From Pristiophorus japonicus (lineage: Eukaryota), in contig NC_091982.1 of the NCBI RefSeq assembly GCF_044704955.1, positions 229,462,001 to 229,526,000 of the forward strand: a stretch of DNA of 64,000 nucleotides, read 5' to 3'. Below are positions 12,432 to 24,297 of the stretch, piece by piece (the stretch's first letter is position 1; each line of letters begins with the position of its first letter). The notes beneath the pieces were generated by a model. The model worked only from the letters and a program-made list of their open reading frames with translations. It did no database searches and was not told where the DNA came from. A program made the position numbers and the translations under genes.

Positions 12432-12685
12432 TGATCCTTGTGTGATAGGATCAGGGTCCTTGTGTGATAGGACCATAAATTAAGATGATACTTGTGTGAT
12501 AGGATCAGGGTCCTTGTGTGATAGGACCATAAATTAAGATTATCCTTGTTTGATAGGATAATATAAGTCCCTAAAGGAAAGTTCCTTGTGTGATAGGACT
12601 GCCTTAGAAGGGACAGGGTCCTTGTGTGGTAGGATCCAGGTCCTTGTGTGATATCTTATTAAAATTTATGGTCCTAAGTTAAGGA
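12432..12685 (+). repeat. Leader array of about 8 stem-loop units (TCCT-TGTGTGAT-AGGA)
   Basis: Units at 12432, 12455, 12486, 12509, 12540, 12580, 12616 and 12639 (partial) with conserved loop and covarying stem extensions. Confidence 0.85.
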
Positions 12686-13085
12686 CTCGGTCTGTAGTGG
12701 TGTACAACGCAGACTAAGAATTGACTATTTGTTTAGATAGAGTTTAAGGTTATGATTTGTATACCCGCGTGAATGTTGATTGTCCTAGTTGTCCTTGTTA
12801 TACTGTTGGGTGTTCAATACTTTTGTGCGACATTGCAATTAGAGAAACGGGAAGAGTCACTAGGGAAAATTGTGATTCGGAAAAACAAGAATTGATTGAG
12901 AAAAGAAACAGTAACTGATTGATCAACTGTAGTTGGTTCGTGTCAACATATCTCACACACCCAGACTGAGCCCGAATTAAGAGCCTTTTCAGGCCACGTG
13001 ACGGCCAGGAGAAGTGGGCGTAGAGAACTCGGTTGACTGAAAGGATTGTGAGATCAGAAACTGTGAAAAATCTTAATCATCCAGA

Positions 13086-13330
13086 ATGGGTGCCGGAGCA
13101 AGTAAAACACCACCAAAGGGCACACCAGCCTATTTTATGCTCCAGAATTGTGGTCAGTCTTCAATTGACCACCTAAAAAAAATGGATAAAATGGACTAAG
13201 GATGGAAACAGGCCATTTCCACCCGATGGTTCATTTAATTTAGAAAAAAATAACATGTCTAGAGGAGTGTCTTATAGACAGAGACCCAAATAAAAGAGGT
13301 AAAAAAGAATAATAGAAAAGACCTGGGTTC
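13086..13330 (+). pseudogene. gag: ERV gag N-terminus (matrix), frameshifted
   Basis: MGAGASKTPPKGTPAYFML...WIKWTKDGNRPFPPDGSFNLEK: myristoylation Gly2 and a W..FP..GSF matrix motif; frameshifts in A-runs. Confidence 0.75.
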
Positions 13331-14351
13331 CGATTCTCCGAGCCCACTTAAAATTAACAGAGAAAGTAAATCAATATGTAAGAAAAGGAAAAAAAAACTT
13401 GATAGTGACTATCTTAAGTGACGTAGGGATCCAAAAATAGAGCTGGCCAAACAATAAGCTTTGTTGAATGAAGAGAGACTTTTGTGAATGTTTGACTTTG
13501 AATGAGATTGTGTGATTTTTGACTGCGGAATATTTGAGGTGGGAATTAATGAATTTTTCATGTGTCTGAAAGCCTGTTTGAGAAAGTGGTGGAGCTGTCT
13601 GCTGTTTTAGCTCCACCCACTTTTTCGGACAGAGTGAAGGTTTTTTTTTAACCCTTCGTAGTGTTGTATGTGGGAAATTTTAAGAAAGTGTGAACCTAGA
13701 ATTGAATTACATTTTAAGTTAAAAACGCAGATGTAGATTTATTCGGATGATAAGTTACAGAGCTAGGAAATGCACAAAGGATAGGTTTGTTGAGCAAAAG
13801 ATAAAAAAAATGCGTGGTCCTGTTGGTTTAAACATTTTTTTTTTGAAATGCTCATTTGTCAAAAGAAAACACGTAATCATTGATTACATTGGGTTGAAAG
13901 ACAATAAATGTAATCTAGGAATGAGATAAAGGATGGAGAAGGGAAGTTGTAATGCCTTTTTAAAAAAAAGCCTGTGTGGGTCTCTCGAGGCTTTGTGTAA
14001 AACCTTGACACGAAAACTTCTAGCTCAGTAAAAAGAGTTTTAAATAAAAGATTGGCAGTACAATATTTGAATTGGGATTTTGAGATATTTCAGGTGATTC
14101 TCATTGATAAACATTTCGGTTGTATTGGAAAATCTTGGGTTTGGAAGCTTTTTTAATAAAATTACACAACTGCTGCGTCAGAAGCTGAAGCTTACAAAGA
14201 TGTAATTTATGAGACACTGTATTATAAAATTGAAGTTATAGAGCAAAAGATTGGAGTTTTTGATGTTCAGCTTCTAAAACAGAAGTTGGGCACACAATTA
14301 TAAAACAAGTACTTTGCATTTTGTGATCTGTGAATCACTATAAGCATGAAT

Positions 14352-17320
14352 GAGAAGTCCATGTAACACACCGATTTTTCCGGTTCAGAAGCCCAATAGT
14401 GACAAATGGAAATTTGTCCAAGACCTACAAGCCGTGAATGAATCTGTATTCCCAACTTATCCGGTGGTGCCCAATCCTGCGACTATACTTACCAGTATTC
14501 CGGCAAACTCAACGTATTATACGGTGATTGATCTATGTTCAGCATTTTTCTCAATACCCATTCACCCAGAGCCCCAATTCCTGTTTGCCTTCACGTATAA
14601 AGGATGCCAATATACGTGGACAAGACTCCCACAGGGATTTACCGAAAGTCCTACTATATTTTCACAATGCTTAAAGAAGGATCTGGAAGATGTAATTTTA
14701 CCAGCAGGTTCGATACTTGTGCAGTATGTTGATGACTTACTGCTCGCCTCACCCTCCAAATTAGCCTGTGAAACAGATTCTCTTGCATTATTAAAAGCCT
14801 TGGCCTCGAAAGGACACAAAGTGTTAAAGGCGAAGTTACAATTTGTCTCAGAAAGGGTTTGGTATCTAGAACACGATTTGGTCAGAGATACGAGACAATT
14901 GACACAAGACCAAGTAAAAGCAATCTGCTCTGCCCCACTACCAGTAACCAAGAGAGAAATGAAACATTTCCTCGGCATGTCAGGATATTACAGGCACTGG
15001 ATTATGAATTATTCCGAGATCATTAGACCATTGTTAGACATGTCCATGCCCTCACTACCAGAAAAGTTGATTTGGAATGAAGTATCCCGGAATGCTTTTC
15101 AGAATCTTAAGCAGTCCCTCACTTCAGCACCAGCCTTGGGATTACCAGATTACACTAAGCCATTCAACTTATTTGTTCATCACAATTCGGGTTTTGCACA
15201 ATCTATTTTGACTCAGTTACATGTGGACAGGCAGCGACCGATAGCGTGTTTTAGTACCCAACTAGATCCAGTGGCACGTGGACTACCAGGATGTCTTCCT
15301 TCTTTGGCAGCAGCTTATTATGCTGTACAACAGGCTCAGACAATAACTCTAAGTCATCAAACCGTTTTATATATCCCACACTCTGTTGAGATTTTACTTA
15401 CTAAATGTGCCACTCACCACCTAACTTCTGCAATGAAGTTGAACTGTTTTCAAATCTGAACCTTATCATTAAAAGATGTACTACCTTAAATCCAGCCACT
15501 TTACTTCCCACGGAAGAAGACGGCAAACCCCATTCATGTGAAATGGTAACCGAATTAGTGACTAAACCACGTATCAATTTAACAGATGTACCAATGTGTA
15601 ACCCTGATCTAGTGTACTATGTTGACGGATCAGCCTTACGAAATGATAGGGGCCAACCTAAAGTGGCTTATGCAATTGTAACCCAGTTTAATGTTGTCGA
15701 AAGAGCCTCTCTTCCAGACTCCTTTTCAGCCCAACAAGCCGAATTATTTGCGTTAACTCAAGCCTGTATTCTGGCTGAAGGACAAACAGTTAATATCTAC
15801 ACTGACTCCAGGTATGCTTTTGGAGTAACGCATGACTATGGACAAATTTGGAAAATGCGTGGGTACCTGATTTCTTCATGAATCACTATCAAGAATGCAG
15901 AACAAGTAGAAAATCTTCTGCGAGCCATTCAGTGCCCCTTAAAACTTGCCATTATCAAATGCCAAGCACATACAGGCCAGTTGAATGAGGTAGCACGTGG
16001 AAACGCCAGAGCTGATAATGCAGCTAAGTCAGCAGCTCTGTCAAAAGGGGGGGATGCAGGTGTCATTGTTTCCACTAAGGAAAAATAATTGCCTAGATCC
16101 ACCACCCACTTTAATGATGTGCTGGCCTTTCAGACACAGGCCAGCACGGAGGAGGTGTTGACCTGGACAAAGGATCAATGTTATAAAAATCCAGAAGGAA
16201 TATGGGTTTACCATGACGGCCGCGTGGTGGCGCCCAAATCCTTACTTCCATGGATTGCCCGATGTGTTCATACATTCACACACGCTGGCAAAAGGGGGAT
16301 GGCAGATTCAGATTATATTTTGGCAACTTCGTATGCACCAGGTATTTCGGCAATTGCAAAACAAATCTGTGAAAATTGTGTTACCTGTCAGATAATGAAT
16401 CCGGGTAAGACGGAACAAGTAGAATCTGCCTCCCACCCAAATCCAATGGGGCCTTTTGTACATTTACAAATGGATTTTATTAAATTACCTATATGTATGG
16501 GATTTAAGCATGTATTAGTTATTGTAGATGTGTTCTCTAGATGGATTGAAGCCTTTCCATGTAAAAAGGCCGATGCCACTACTGTTGCTAAATTTTTGTT
16601 AAAAGAAATCGTACCGCGCTTTGGAATTCCTGCTAAGCTTTCTAGTGATAATGGGTCACATTTCACGGGAACTGTTATAAAAGAAATGTGTAAATCTTTA
16701 CAGATTAATCAACGTTTTCATTGCAGTTATCATCCACAATCAGCTGGACTTGTTGAAAGATATAATGGAATGCTTAAAAATAAGTTGGCAAAATTATGTA
16801 ATGACACTGGACTAAAATGGGTAGAACTGCTGCCCTTAGCCTTGATGGTAATGCGATCTGCAACCAACAGAACAACAGGCCTGTCACCGCATGAGATAGT
16901 TATGGGACGTCCCCAACGACTACCTTTTACAGCACCATTTACTGCAAAACAAATGGACATCCACAAATGGAAGAAAATATGTTGAATTATTGTATTGCAC
17001 TAACCAAATGTATCTCCAGCTTTCATTCGCAGGTAAAAGAAGCTCAAGTCGAGCCAGTGGAAGGGAAGTGTCATAATCTGGAGCCCGGGGAATTTGTTTG
17101 CATCAAAATCTTTAAAAGAAAAAGCAATCTACAACCAAGATTTGAAGGACCATACCAGGTCTTGCTGGCGACTAATACTGCAATCAAGGTAAAAGAAAGA
17201 CCAACATGGATCCACGTGTCCCATTGCAAAAGGGCACCCGACCAGGAGGAAGAGAAGAAGGAACCAGAGGAACAGAAAAAGGAAGACCGAATAAGGAACT
17301 GTACGGACTATGAGGACTGA
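14352..17320 (+). pseudogene. pol: ERV pol (RT, RNase H, integrase), 5'-truncated and disrupted
   Basis: SPCNTPIFPVQKP, LPQGF..SP, QYVDDLLLA; RNase H YVDGSA / SAQQAEL / YTDSRYAFG; integrase H...H, C..C, QMDF, SDNGSHF, VERYNG, GPYQVLL; stops and frameshifts. Confidence 0.95.
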
Positions 17321-18552
17321 TAGTGCAATGCTTAACAGGGTTGTGCTTTGCGTTATTGATAATACCAGGGGTACAGAAACGCGAACGAAGGGAACTGCAG
17401 GTAAATGTATTTATGGCGCTGAGTCATAAGTATGCTCAAGAAAGAAACTTGTCTAGTTGTTGGATATGTTCCCATGTACCTGTCCACTCTGAAGGGGGGT
17501 ATTCCCCTAAGATCCGACCCTTTAATGAATCAGAAATGATAGAATGGTTGATAGTGCAAAATAGGACAAACCTAACCAAGGTGTCAGAAATGAAGGATCT
17601 AACAGAATGGAGGTCAGCAGGGTATAAACTTACAACCTTCCAGGGATGGTACCAGCCAAATTATAATAATAACTGTCAGCCATCCTTCCTAAGTATTATT
17701 CCCGGAATAGGAAATCCTGAAGGTATAATATGTCTATATGTAAATAATGAGACTAATGGACCAGAAATGGGGCGCAGCAAGTGTTCCCAAATGACTAAAT
17801 GGCAAGCCATAACAAATCTCACTGACGGGAGAAAGATAGCAACCGTTAGCTGGACTATGGTCCATAATAAAGCCTCAGGTGAAGGGTGGGACGGTGAGAC
17901 CACTTGAGCATGGATGGCACGGAAGGACCAAAGGCTGACGTCCTATAATTGCACTTACTTTATTTGTGGCCATGAAGCCTACCCATGGTTACCAGTCAAC
18001 TGGACAGGGTCTTGTTACTTAGGATATGTGGTACCCTTTATTAGGACAACAAAGACTCTAAGCGATGCCTATAGAAGTCATAGACTTAAACGGGATTTGA
18101 CATGGCTAAATGGAATATTCAGGGTAATAATACCACCCTATGGTAGCCATTTGAACAGTGGCTCTCCAAAATTGTATGGTCTTAGATTATCTCCTAGCCA
18201 AAGAAGGAGGGACATGCGCGTTAATTGGTGAGGAATGCTGTATGTATATCCCAGATAAGTCAGAAGAGATCGACAATCTAGCTGAATATATTAGGAAATA
18301 GAGTACAAACAGACTATTGGCCAGGACAGTACCACCTTGTGGGATTGGGCATTGGGATGGTTGGGATCCCTAGGGAGATCTTTGGTACAGGGTTTGATCA
18401 TATTCTTGCTGATAGTTAAGTGTTGCTGTGCCAGGTTGGGAAAAACATTGTTACCAACCGAGACCACTGCTAGGGTTATGGTAGCAACAACTACTGAAGG
18501 TTCTTGTGTGGAAATGGAAATAGAAAGACTATGCAAGATTAGAATGGATTAA
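17310..18552 (+). pseudogene. env: ERV env, gamma-type, disrupted
   Basis: Signal-like hydrophobic start, CWIC (CXXC), furin site RLKR, ISD plus CX6CC VALQNCMVLDYLLAKEGGTCALIGEECC at 18158, TM segment GLIIFLLIV. Confidence 0.9.
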
Positions 18553-18570
18553 GTTGTCCTTGTGAAGGAC

Positions 18571-18582
18571 AAAAGGGGGGAA
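18571..18582 (+). other. Polypurine tract
   Basis: AAAAGGGGGGAA directly before the 3' LTR. Confidence 0.9.
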
Positions 18583-19381
18583 TGTGGAAATGTATTTTTC
18601 AAGTTGCATTACACTGTTTCATGTACCCTTTTGCCATAAAACAAAATGGAGTCCCGGTCCTGCCAGAAACTTCTGCAGCAGACAGTCTGTTTGCATAAAC
18701 ATGCTAACCTTGACTGAAACTGCTGATAGCTGATTAATAGCCACCAGACAACAGAAAGACTGTCCTGCTGAGATAAGTACCACCCATTGTGCTCCCCTGT
18801 ATTATCAATAGTCTGTCGCTATGCCAGACCTTAGAAGGGCTGGATAAAGGTTGTAAAAATACAGCACCAATTCACCCTCTAAGAGATAATCAAATTACCA
18901 GCCATTATCTCTTGTACAGAACTCATCCATAATATGCAAGAAGCCAAGTACCCAATCAACCACTCTGGAAATCATGGGCCTAAATAACTGGTCAGGAATC
19001 TGGACAATCCTAAAACAATGCAAAGCCGGTGATAGCACATTATCACACCCTAATTGAGTTATTGCTGACTGGCCCACCAAAAACACTGACAAATGAGACA
19101 TTTGAAAAAAATGCAAAGACAAGGATGTGCTAATCATTAACTGAGTGGAGAACTCTTTATCTGTTTTCGCTGACTGCAAAGGCAGAACCAATACACAGGA
19201 TGGAACCATAACTTGTTTGTTCTTCTGTATAAATACATTGTGAAACTGTACCATATTGGGAGTCTTCACTTAGCCTTTGACTCGAGTGAGACTCTTCCTT
19301 GCTGCAAGTAAAACTTATTAAAGGAACATCTGTCGGAGCTGATTGTGTTAGAGTCGTATATTGAGAGTCGAGATTTTGACA
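18583..19381 (+). repeat. ERV 3' LTR
   Basis: Direct repeat of 11294-12092, followed by the ACAG TSD. Confidence 0.95.
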
Positions 19382-20639
19382 ACAGGTATGAGTGCATTTG
19401 GCACAAAGCATCTCTTGTAGAGCTTGAGCTGCTTTGCATCTCTCTGTAGGTCCTTCTCTTCTTCCAGACACCAGATAGGCAAGCCCATTGGTGCCAGTAG
19501 TGGTGCTGGGGCAAAGAAATAAAATCATTTACATCAATAGCACAAAAGCTCTGAGAAGCAAAGGGCCAACAGGAAAAGGAAAACAGTTTAATAATAAATG
19601 GCTACGGTACACTTTATATTACTCTGTCATTTTCATGCCCTCCAGGCTAATTGGCGCCATCTAGCAAGCATGTATGCCCACTTCAAACAGGGTTTCTTTA
19701 TGCCAAAACCCTGTACCAGAACTATATGAAATGGCATGCAACACATCCCCAAATAAATATTCTAAGTGTCAGCCAGATTGAGGTAGGACTCATTGGAACG
19801 TACTGTGGGGATGCAAAGCCAACACATTTCTGGTGCAGCAGATATTTCTCATGCAGTCACCCGCTACCAACTGGTGTTCGGATGGTGCAGGTGAAGTAAT
19901 CCAAGCTACAGTGCAGTATTATTCTGCTGCTGCAATGCAGTTGTGTGCAATTTGGTGTGTCCCTTTAAGGCCACAAGATATCATTGCTCTACCTCTCTCA
20001 GGTCAATTAAAGGGCAGACTAGCCATTCTTTATATATGCTCTATTTTTAAATGCAACTCCTTATGTCAATTAGAAGGCATCTGCATGCCTTCCTCAGTCT
20101 AATTAGAGGCTGATGGTCCTAGTAAATACTTATATGAATTAACTGTTTGAATTGTTTTCTTTTTAATATATTTTTTAAGCGTGACAAAGAATTTTACATG
20201 CGACATCTGATCAAGGTTGTTCCTGAGTTCACAGAAAGACTTTGAGAGCTTGCACTGGAGTACCAATAAGACTATCCCTATCTCCTGATGTTTTCCCTAG
20301 CAACCTCGGTTCAATAAGATCCACTTCTGAAAGCACTGACTTCTCATCTGGGTCATCCTTCCACAAGTGCTGAGCACAATTTGGTACCTTACTCTCGTGG
20401 CCATCATTCATGTGTCAGCTGTAGCATTGAGTGTCAGCAGACTGTTCAAGTACAGGGGACATCATGGCCGAGTTTGATTTTGCCCTCACTCAATGTTCAC
20501 ACAAGAACACTTGCAGTAGCAGCAGCCACAGTGACTGGGAGCAGATAAGAACTTGCATTCCTAGAGTATCTTTCACAGCCTCAGAACATCCCAAAGCCCT
20601 ACATAGCGAATAAAGTACAGCCGCTGTTGTAAAGTAGGG

Positions 20640-21000
20640 GAAGAGGATTTTGATACAAATGTATTAATGGCATGGTCATCAATGCTAGGGTGAAGGGAGG
20701 GGGACATATGCAAGAGTCAAAGGGAAGGAATGATTGATGGGGTGGGGGAGGAGATTATATGGCTAGAGGAGGTTAGCGATATGAAAGGGTGAGGCCATGA
20801 AGCGGTTTAAACAGGAGGATGATCATTTTAAATTCGAGGCAATAGGTGGCTGCAGGACAATGAAAGGTAGTTAGGGCAGGTGTAATTAGTCAATGGGACT
20901 TTGTACAGGATAGGATATGGACAGCAGAGTTTAGAATGAGCTGAAGTTTACAGAGGGTGGAGGATAGGAGGCTGGCCAGGAAAGCGTTGGAATAGCCAAT
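20640..21000 (-). mobile_element. L2-type LINE 3' fragment (degenerate)
   Basis: Reverse complement resembles the L2-like pieces at 28800-29150 and 42830-43195. Confidence 0.45.
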
Positions 21001-21135
21001 TAATAAAAACAGAAAATGCTGGAAATCTCAGCGGGTCAGGCAGCATCTGTGGAGGGCAAAACAGAGTTAATGTTTCAGGTCGATGATCCTTCATCAGAAC
21101 TGGCAATATTTTAAAATGTACCAGATTCTTAAGGA
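21001..21135 (-). repeat. Penelope-type terminal-repeat fragment
   Basis: Recurs at 7851, 26520 and 45328; contains a hammerhead core. Confidence 0.65.
21065..21101 (-). ncRNA. Minimal type I hammerhead ribozyme motif (decayed copy)
   Basis: Minus strand AGUU CUGAUGA AGGAUC AUC GACCU GAAA CAUU AACU: conserved CUGAUGA and GAAA boxes, stem II, and stem I AGUU/AACU. Confidence 0.65.
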
Positions 21136-21497
21136 AGGCTGAGGTATTGGAATAGTCATGTCTGGAGGTAACAACAATATGGGTGAGAGTTTCAGGGACT
21201 GAGAAAAATGTAGAACAGATTTGGGGTAAAATAAAATTAAAAATTTGCATTTATGTAGTGTTTCAGCAGGTCCTGAGTATGTCCCAAAATGCTTGGCAGC
21301 CAATAGAATACTTTTTGAAATACATTCATGCATTGTTATGTAGGTAAACACAGCAGCGAATTTGCACACATGCAGGTCCCACAAACAGCAAATGAATCAT
21401 CAAAGAAATTCTTTATTCAAAGAGAGCACAGTGTTTGGAATAATCATGGAGAATAGAGGCAAAAACACTTGAGGTTACTTAAATCACAATTTGACAC

Positions 21498-21725
21498 TCA
21501 TCATCAAAGGCAGTCCCTCGGGGCCGAGGATGACTTGCTTCCACACTAAAAATGAGAACTCAGGTAACTGATGAACTAATTTTAAATGGTGGAAGATGCC
21601 TGTGCATTAATTCTTTTAACTTGGGGTGGCCATTGCACACCTGCCACCACATGGGCTTGACAGAGCTAGGTCTTGGTCCAGTGGAAAGGGGATCCAAGAC
21701 GACTGGAGACCAGCCTCCGCCGCAT
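21498..21725 (-). mobile_element. Bipartite RTE-derived short element (5' UTR fused to 3' tail)
   Basis: RTE tail (tcatcatcaaaggcagtccc...) joined directly to sequence matching the RTE 5' UTR at 63610-63760. Confidence 0.75.
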
Positions 21726-22789
21726 GTGCCAATACATACACACACACTCAAACATACTCCTACTATCCTCCTTCCTTCTTCCTTCCCACAGGACCTCTCC
21801 CCACGTGGAATTCACAGTCCGCAATGTGAGCCTCATGGCCTCTCAGCCTCGCTATTGGCCCGTGCTGTGCCTTCCCTTGGTCTTGTCCACACTGCTCCAC
21901 CTCTGGGTTACAACACGTGGCGTTCATACACCAGAGGAATGAACTTGAATGGGCTGAATGGTCTTTTCCTGTGTTCTATAAAGGGATTAACTACTCCGTG
22001 TTGACCATGCAGTCTCCTCCCAGAGCCCAATATAAAATAACACCACAATTACATCATCAGATAAATGAGTCCAACTGTTCTTCAATAAAATCGATGGACA
22101 TTGAGCCACCAATCAGACTTCAGGTTAAAATTAGTTCAAGGCCCAGTATGAAATTAGACATGATTGAATTAATAATGAACTACTGCACATATACTGTTGT
22201 GCGCTTTATGTAGTGCCTTATGATGTATTTAATTTATTTTTTCTTTTGATCTGATCTTGCCACATGCTCCCAGTGGAAACTAGTTTCCCATAGCTAATCA
22301 GATTTGTTCCCATAATTAGGGCTATAAAGAATATTAAAAAAAACATATAATTGTGTTTGTTTAATCTTTTTCAAAGTGCATGAAAAATGCATACGCTCAA
22401 GGAGTTAAAATACATTTCATGATTGATCCAGCAATTGAGATGTTTGCACAAAATTATACCTATGAAGGAGGATTGCAATAACTTACAGTACCGTTGTATG
22501 CCTCAGTGCCAATGCCTGTGTAGATTTGCAGTAAACTGAGTAGTGGCATGACTGCCAGAGCAAGGTGCTGTTATTTGAAAATTGGACAAGCTGCAAGAGT
22601 GATGCAAGAGCCAGAATTAATTTTCCCACCACCTCAAATAGGTACATTAGCCATTTAGATCCTATCTATTTGCACAGGTAGTAGCTTATAAGTACAGCTT
22701 AGTTAACTAATCTGAAAAGTCTTCAATAGCATCGTAATGTAGGAGAGTAAAGCTCAAGCTGTTTAGTAATTGTATCTGAACCTTACATA

Positions 22790-23070
22790 CAACGTACAGC
22801 ACAGAAACAGACCATTTGGCCCACCTGGTCAATGTCAGTGTTTATGCTCCACACGAGCCTCCTCCCATACCTCTTCTCTAACCCTAGCTGCATAACCCTC
22901 TATTCCTTTCTCCTTCATGTGTTTATCTAGCTTCCCTTTAAATACATCTATGCTATTAGTCTCAATTACTCCTTGTGGCAACGAGTTCCACATTCTGACC
23001 ATTCTCTTTGCAAATAATTTTTTCCTGAATTCCCTATTTGTGACTATCTTATATTTATGGCCCTTGAAAT
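22790..23070 (-). mobile_element. CR1 LINE 3' fragment
   Basis: CR1-type tail (acagaaacagaccatttggccc...) and 3' ORF2 remnant; similar to 46930-47490. Confidence 0.65.
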
Positions 23071-23178
23071 CTTGTTACAGCCTTTCAACACTCTTGGTCA
23101 ACAAGAATGTTCCATATACTGTAAAATTACCAATGTTGTTGCTCACCATCAGTTGATGAATATAAAGTTTTGTTTATA

Positions 23179-23577
23179 CAGTTGTACCTCTCCAGTCCGG
23201 CACCCTTGGGACCTGACCAGTGCCAGATCAGAGAATTTTCTGGACCACAGCAGGTCACGCCGACCCTAGCATTGCCAGCAGTACCCTAAACTTACCGGGT
23301 ACTGCTGACAATGACCCAGCCGCGTTCTGCGCATGCACTGCACAGAAGCCTACTGTGCAGCATTTCTCAGGCCCAGCTTCGGCACCTCAGTCAGCCGCCA
23401 CGCTCCTCACTCCCTCTCCATGCCGACCCGACCAAGGAGGGAACACCGCAGGCAGCGGGGAGAAGAGGAGCAGCCAGCCCCAGGACGCAGCGCAGGTCCA
23501 GACCCCTCCACCAGGAATGATGCCGGACCATGGATGTTGCCGGACCAAAGAGTCCCGGACTGGAGGAATACAACCTG
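23179..23577. mobile_element. Tc1/mariner-pogo (Tigger-like) MITE
   Basis: TA|cagttgtacctctccagtccgg ... ccggactggaggaatacaacctg|TA; about 22-bp TIRs, TA TSD, subterminal ccggacca repeats. Confidence 0.8.
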
Positions 23578-23856
23578 TATATGCAAAAAGGCAACGGAGT
23601 TGGGACAAAGATGTCTGAACTCATTTCAGAGTGCCACCTAGTAGCCAGTGGCTGAAACTTTATCATGACAGTTGACATAGCAAAATTGAATGGGATTTTC
23701 ATAGCAATTCACAATAGTGAATATTGACATAAATGTGATCAAAAATTATGACAAGAAATACGCTTTTGGATGGAAGTGGACGCCGTACAGAAGATTTTTA
23801 ATAACATACTAGTAGTTCTAATATGGCATTGCTCACAGTGAATCAATGGAATTACT

Positions 23857-23974
23857 GGGATTAATTTTCAACATGCCGCCTGGGTGTAAGACTGGCAATG
23901 CGGATCAGCCATCCGTTAAAATCAATGGGCATCCAACCAGTTTTATACCCGGACAGCAAGGTGAAAATTAGCCC
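23857..23974. mobile_element. Short palindromic Harbinger-type MITE
   Basis: gggattaattttca / tgaaaattagccc TIRs, ACT on both flanks, further internal inverted repeats. Confidence 0.65.
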
Positions 23975-24297
23975 ACTATTTTGTAATAGTGGGAGGTGTA
24001 TTATTCATTGCAACATGCAGCACAGGAGGCCATTCAGCCAGTCATGCCTCACTGAAAGAGCTAAATTTAGTCCTACACCCCAGCTTTCTCCCCATAACCC
24101 TATAAATTTGTCCTCTTCAAGCACAGATCCAATTGCATTTGGAAATTTCCTATGGAATCTGCTTCCATCACCCTTTCAGGTAGTGTGTTCCAGATCTTAA
24201 CAACCCACGGTGTAAAACTAATGTCTCCTCAGTTCCCTTCTAGTTCTTTTGCCAATTATTTTAAATCCATGACCTATGGTTACCTGTCAGGAGGGTA

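Larger units (their letters stand above)
11294..19381 (+). mobile_element. Endogenous retrovirus, class I (gamma/epsilon-like), defective provirus
   Basis: Two 799-bp TG...CA LTRs, ACAG TSD (11290-11293 / 19382-19385), PBS, PPT, gag-MA, pol and env remnants. Confidence 0.95.

Noticed and set aside
12432-12685. CRISPR-like appearance (palindromic repeats with spacers)
   Set aside because: Vertebrate ERV leader, spacers very short and partly duplicated, no cas genes; treated as an RNA hairpin array.
17323-17907. Domesticated (syncytin-like or restriction) env ORF
   Set aside because: Starts at GTG, stops before the furin site, and downstream env has frameshifts and a deletion; consistent with neutral decay.
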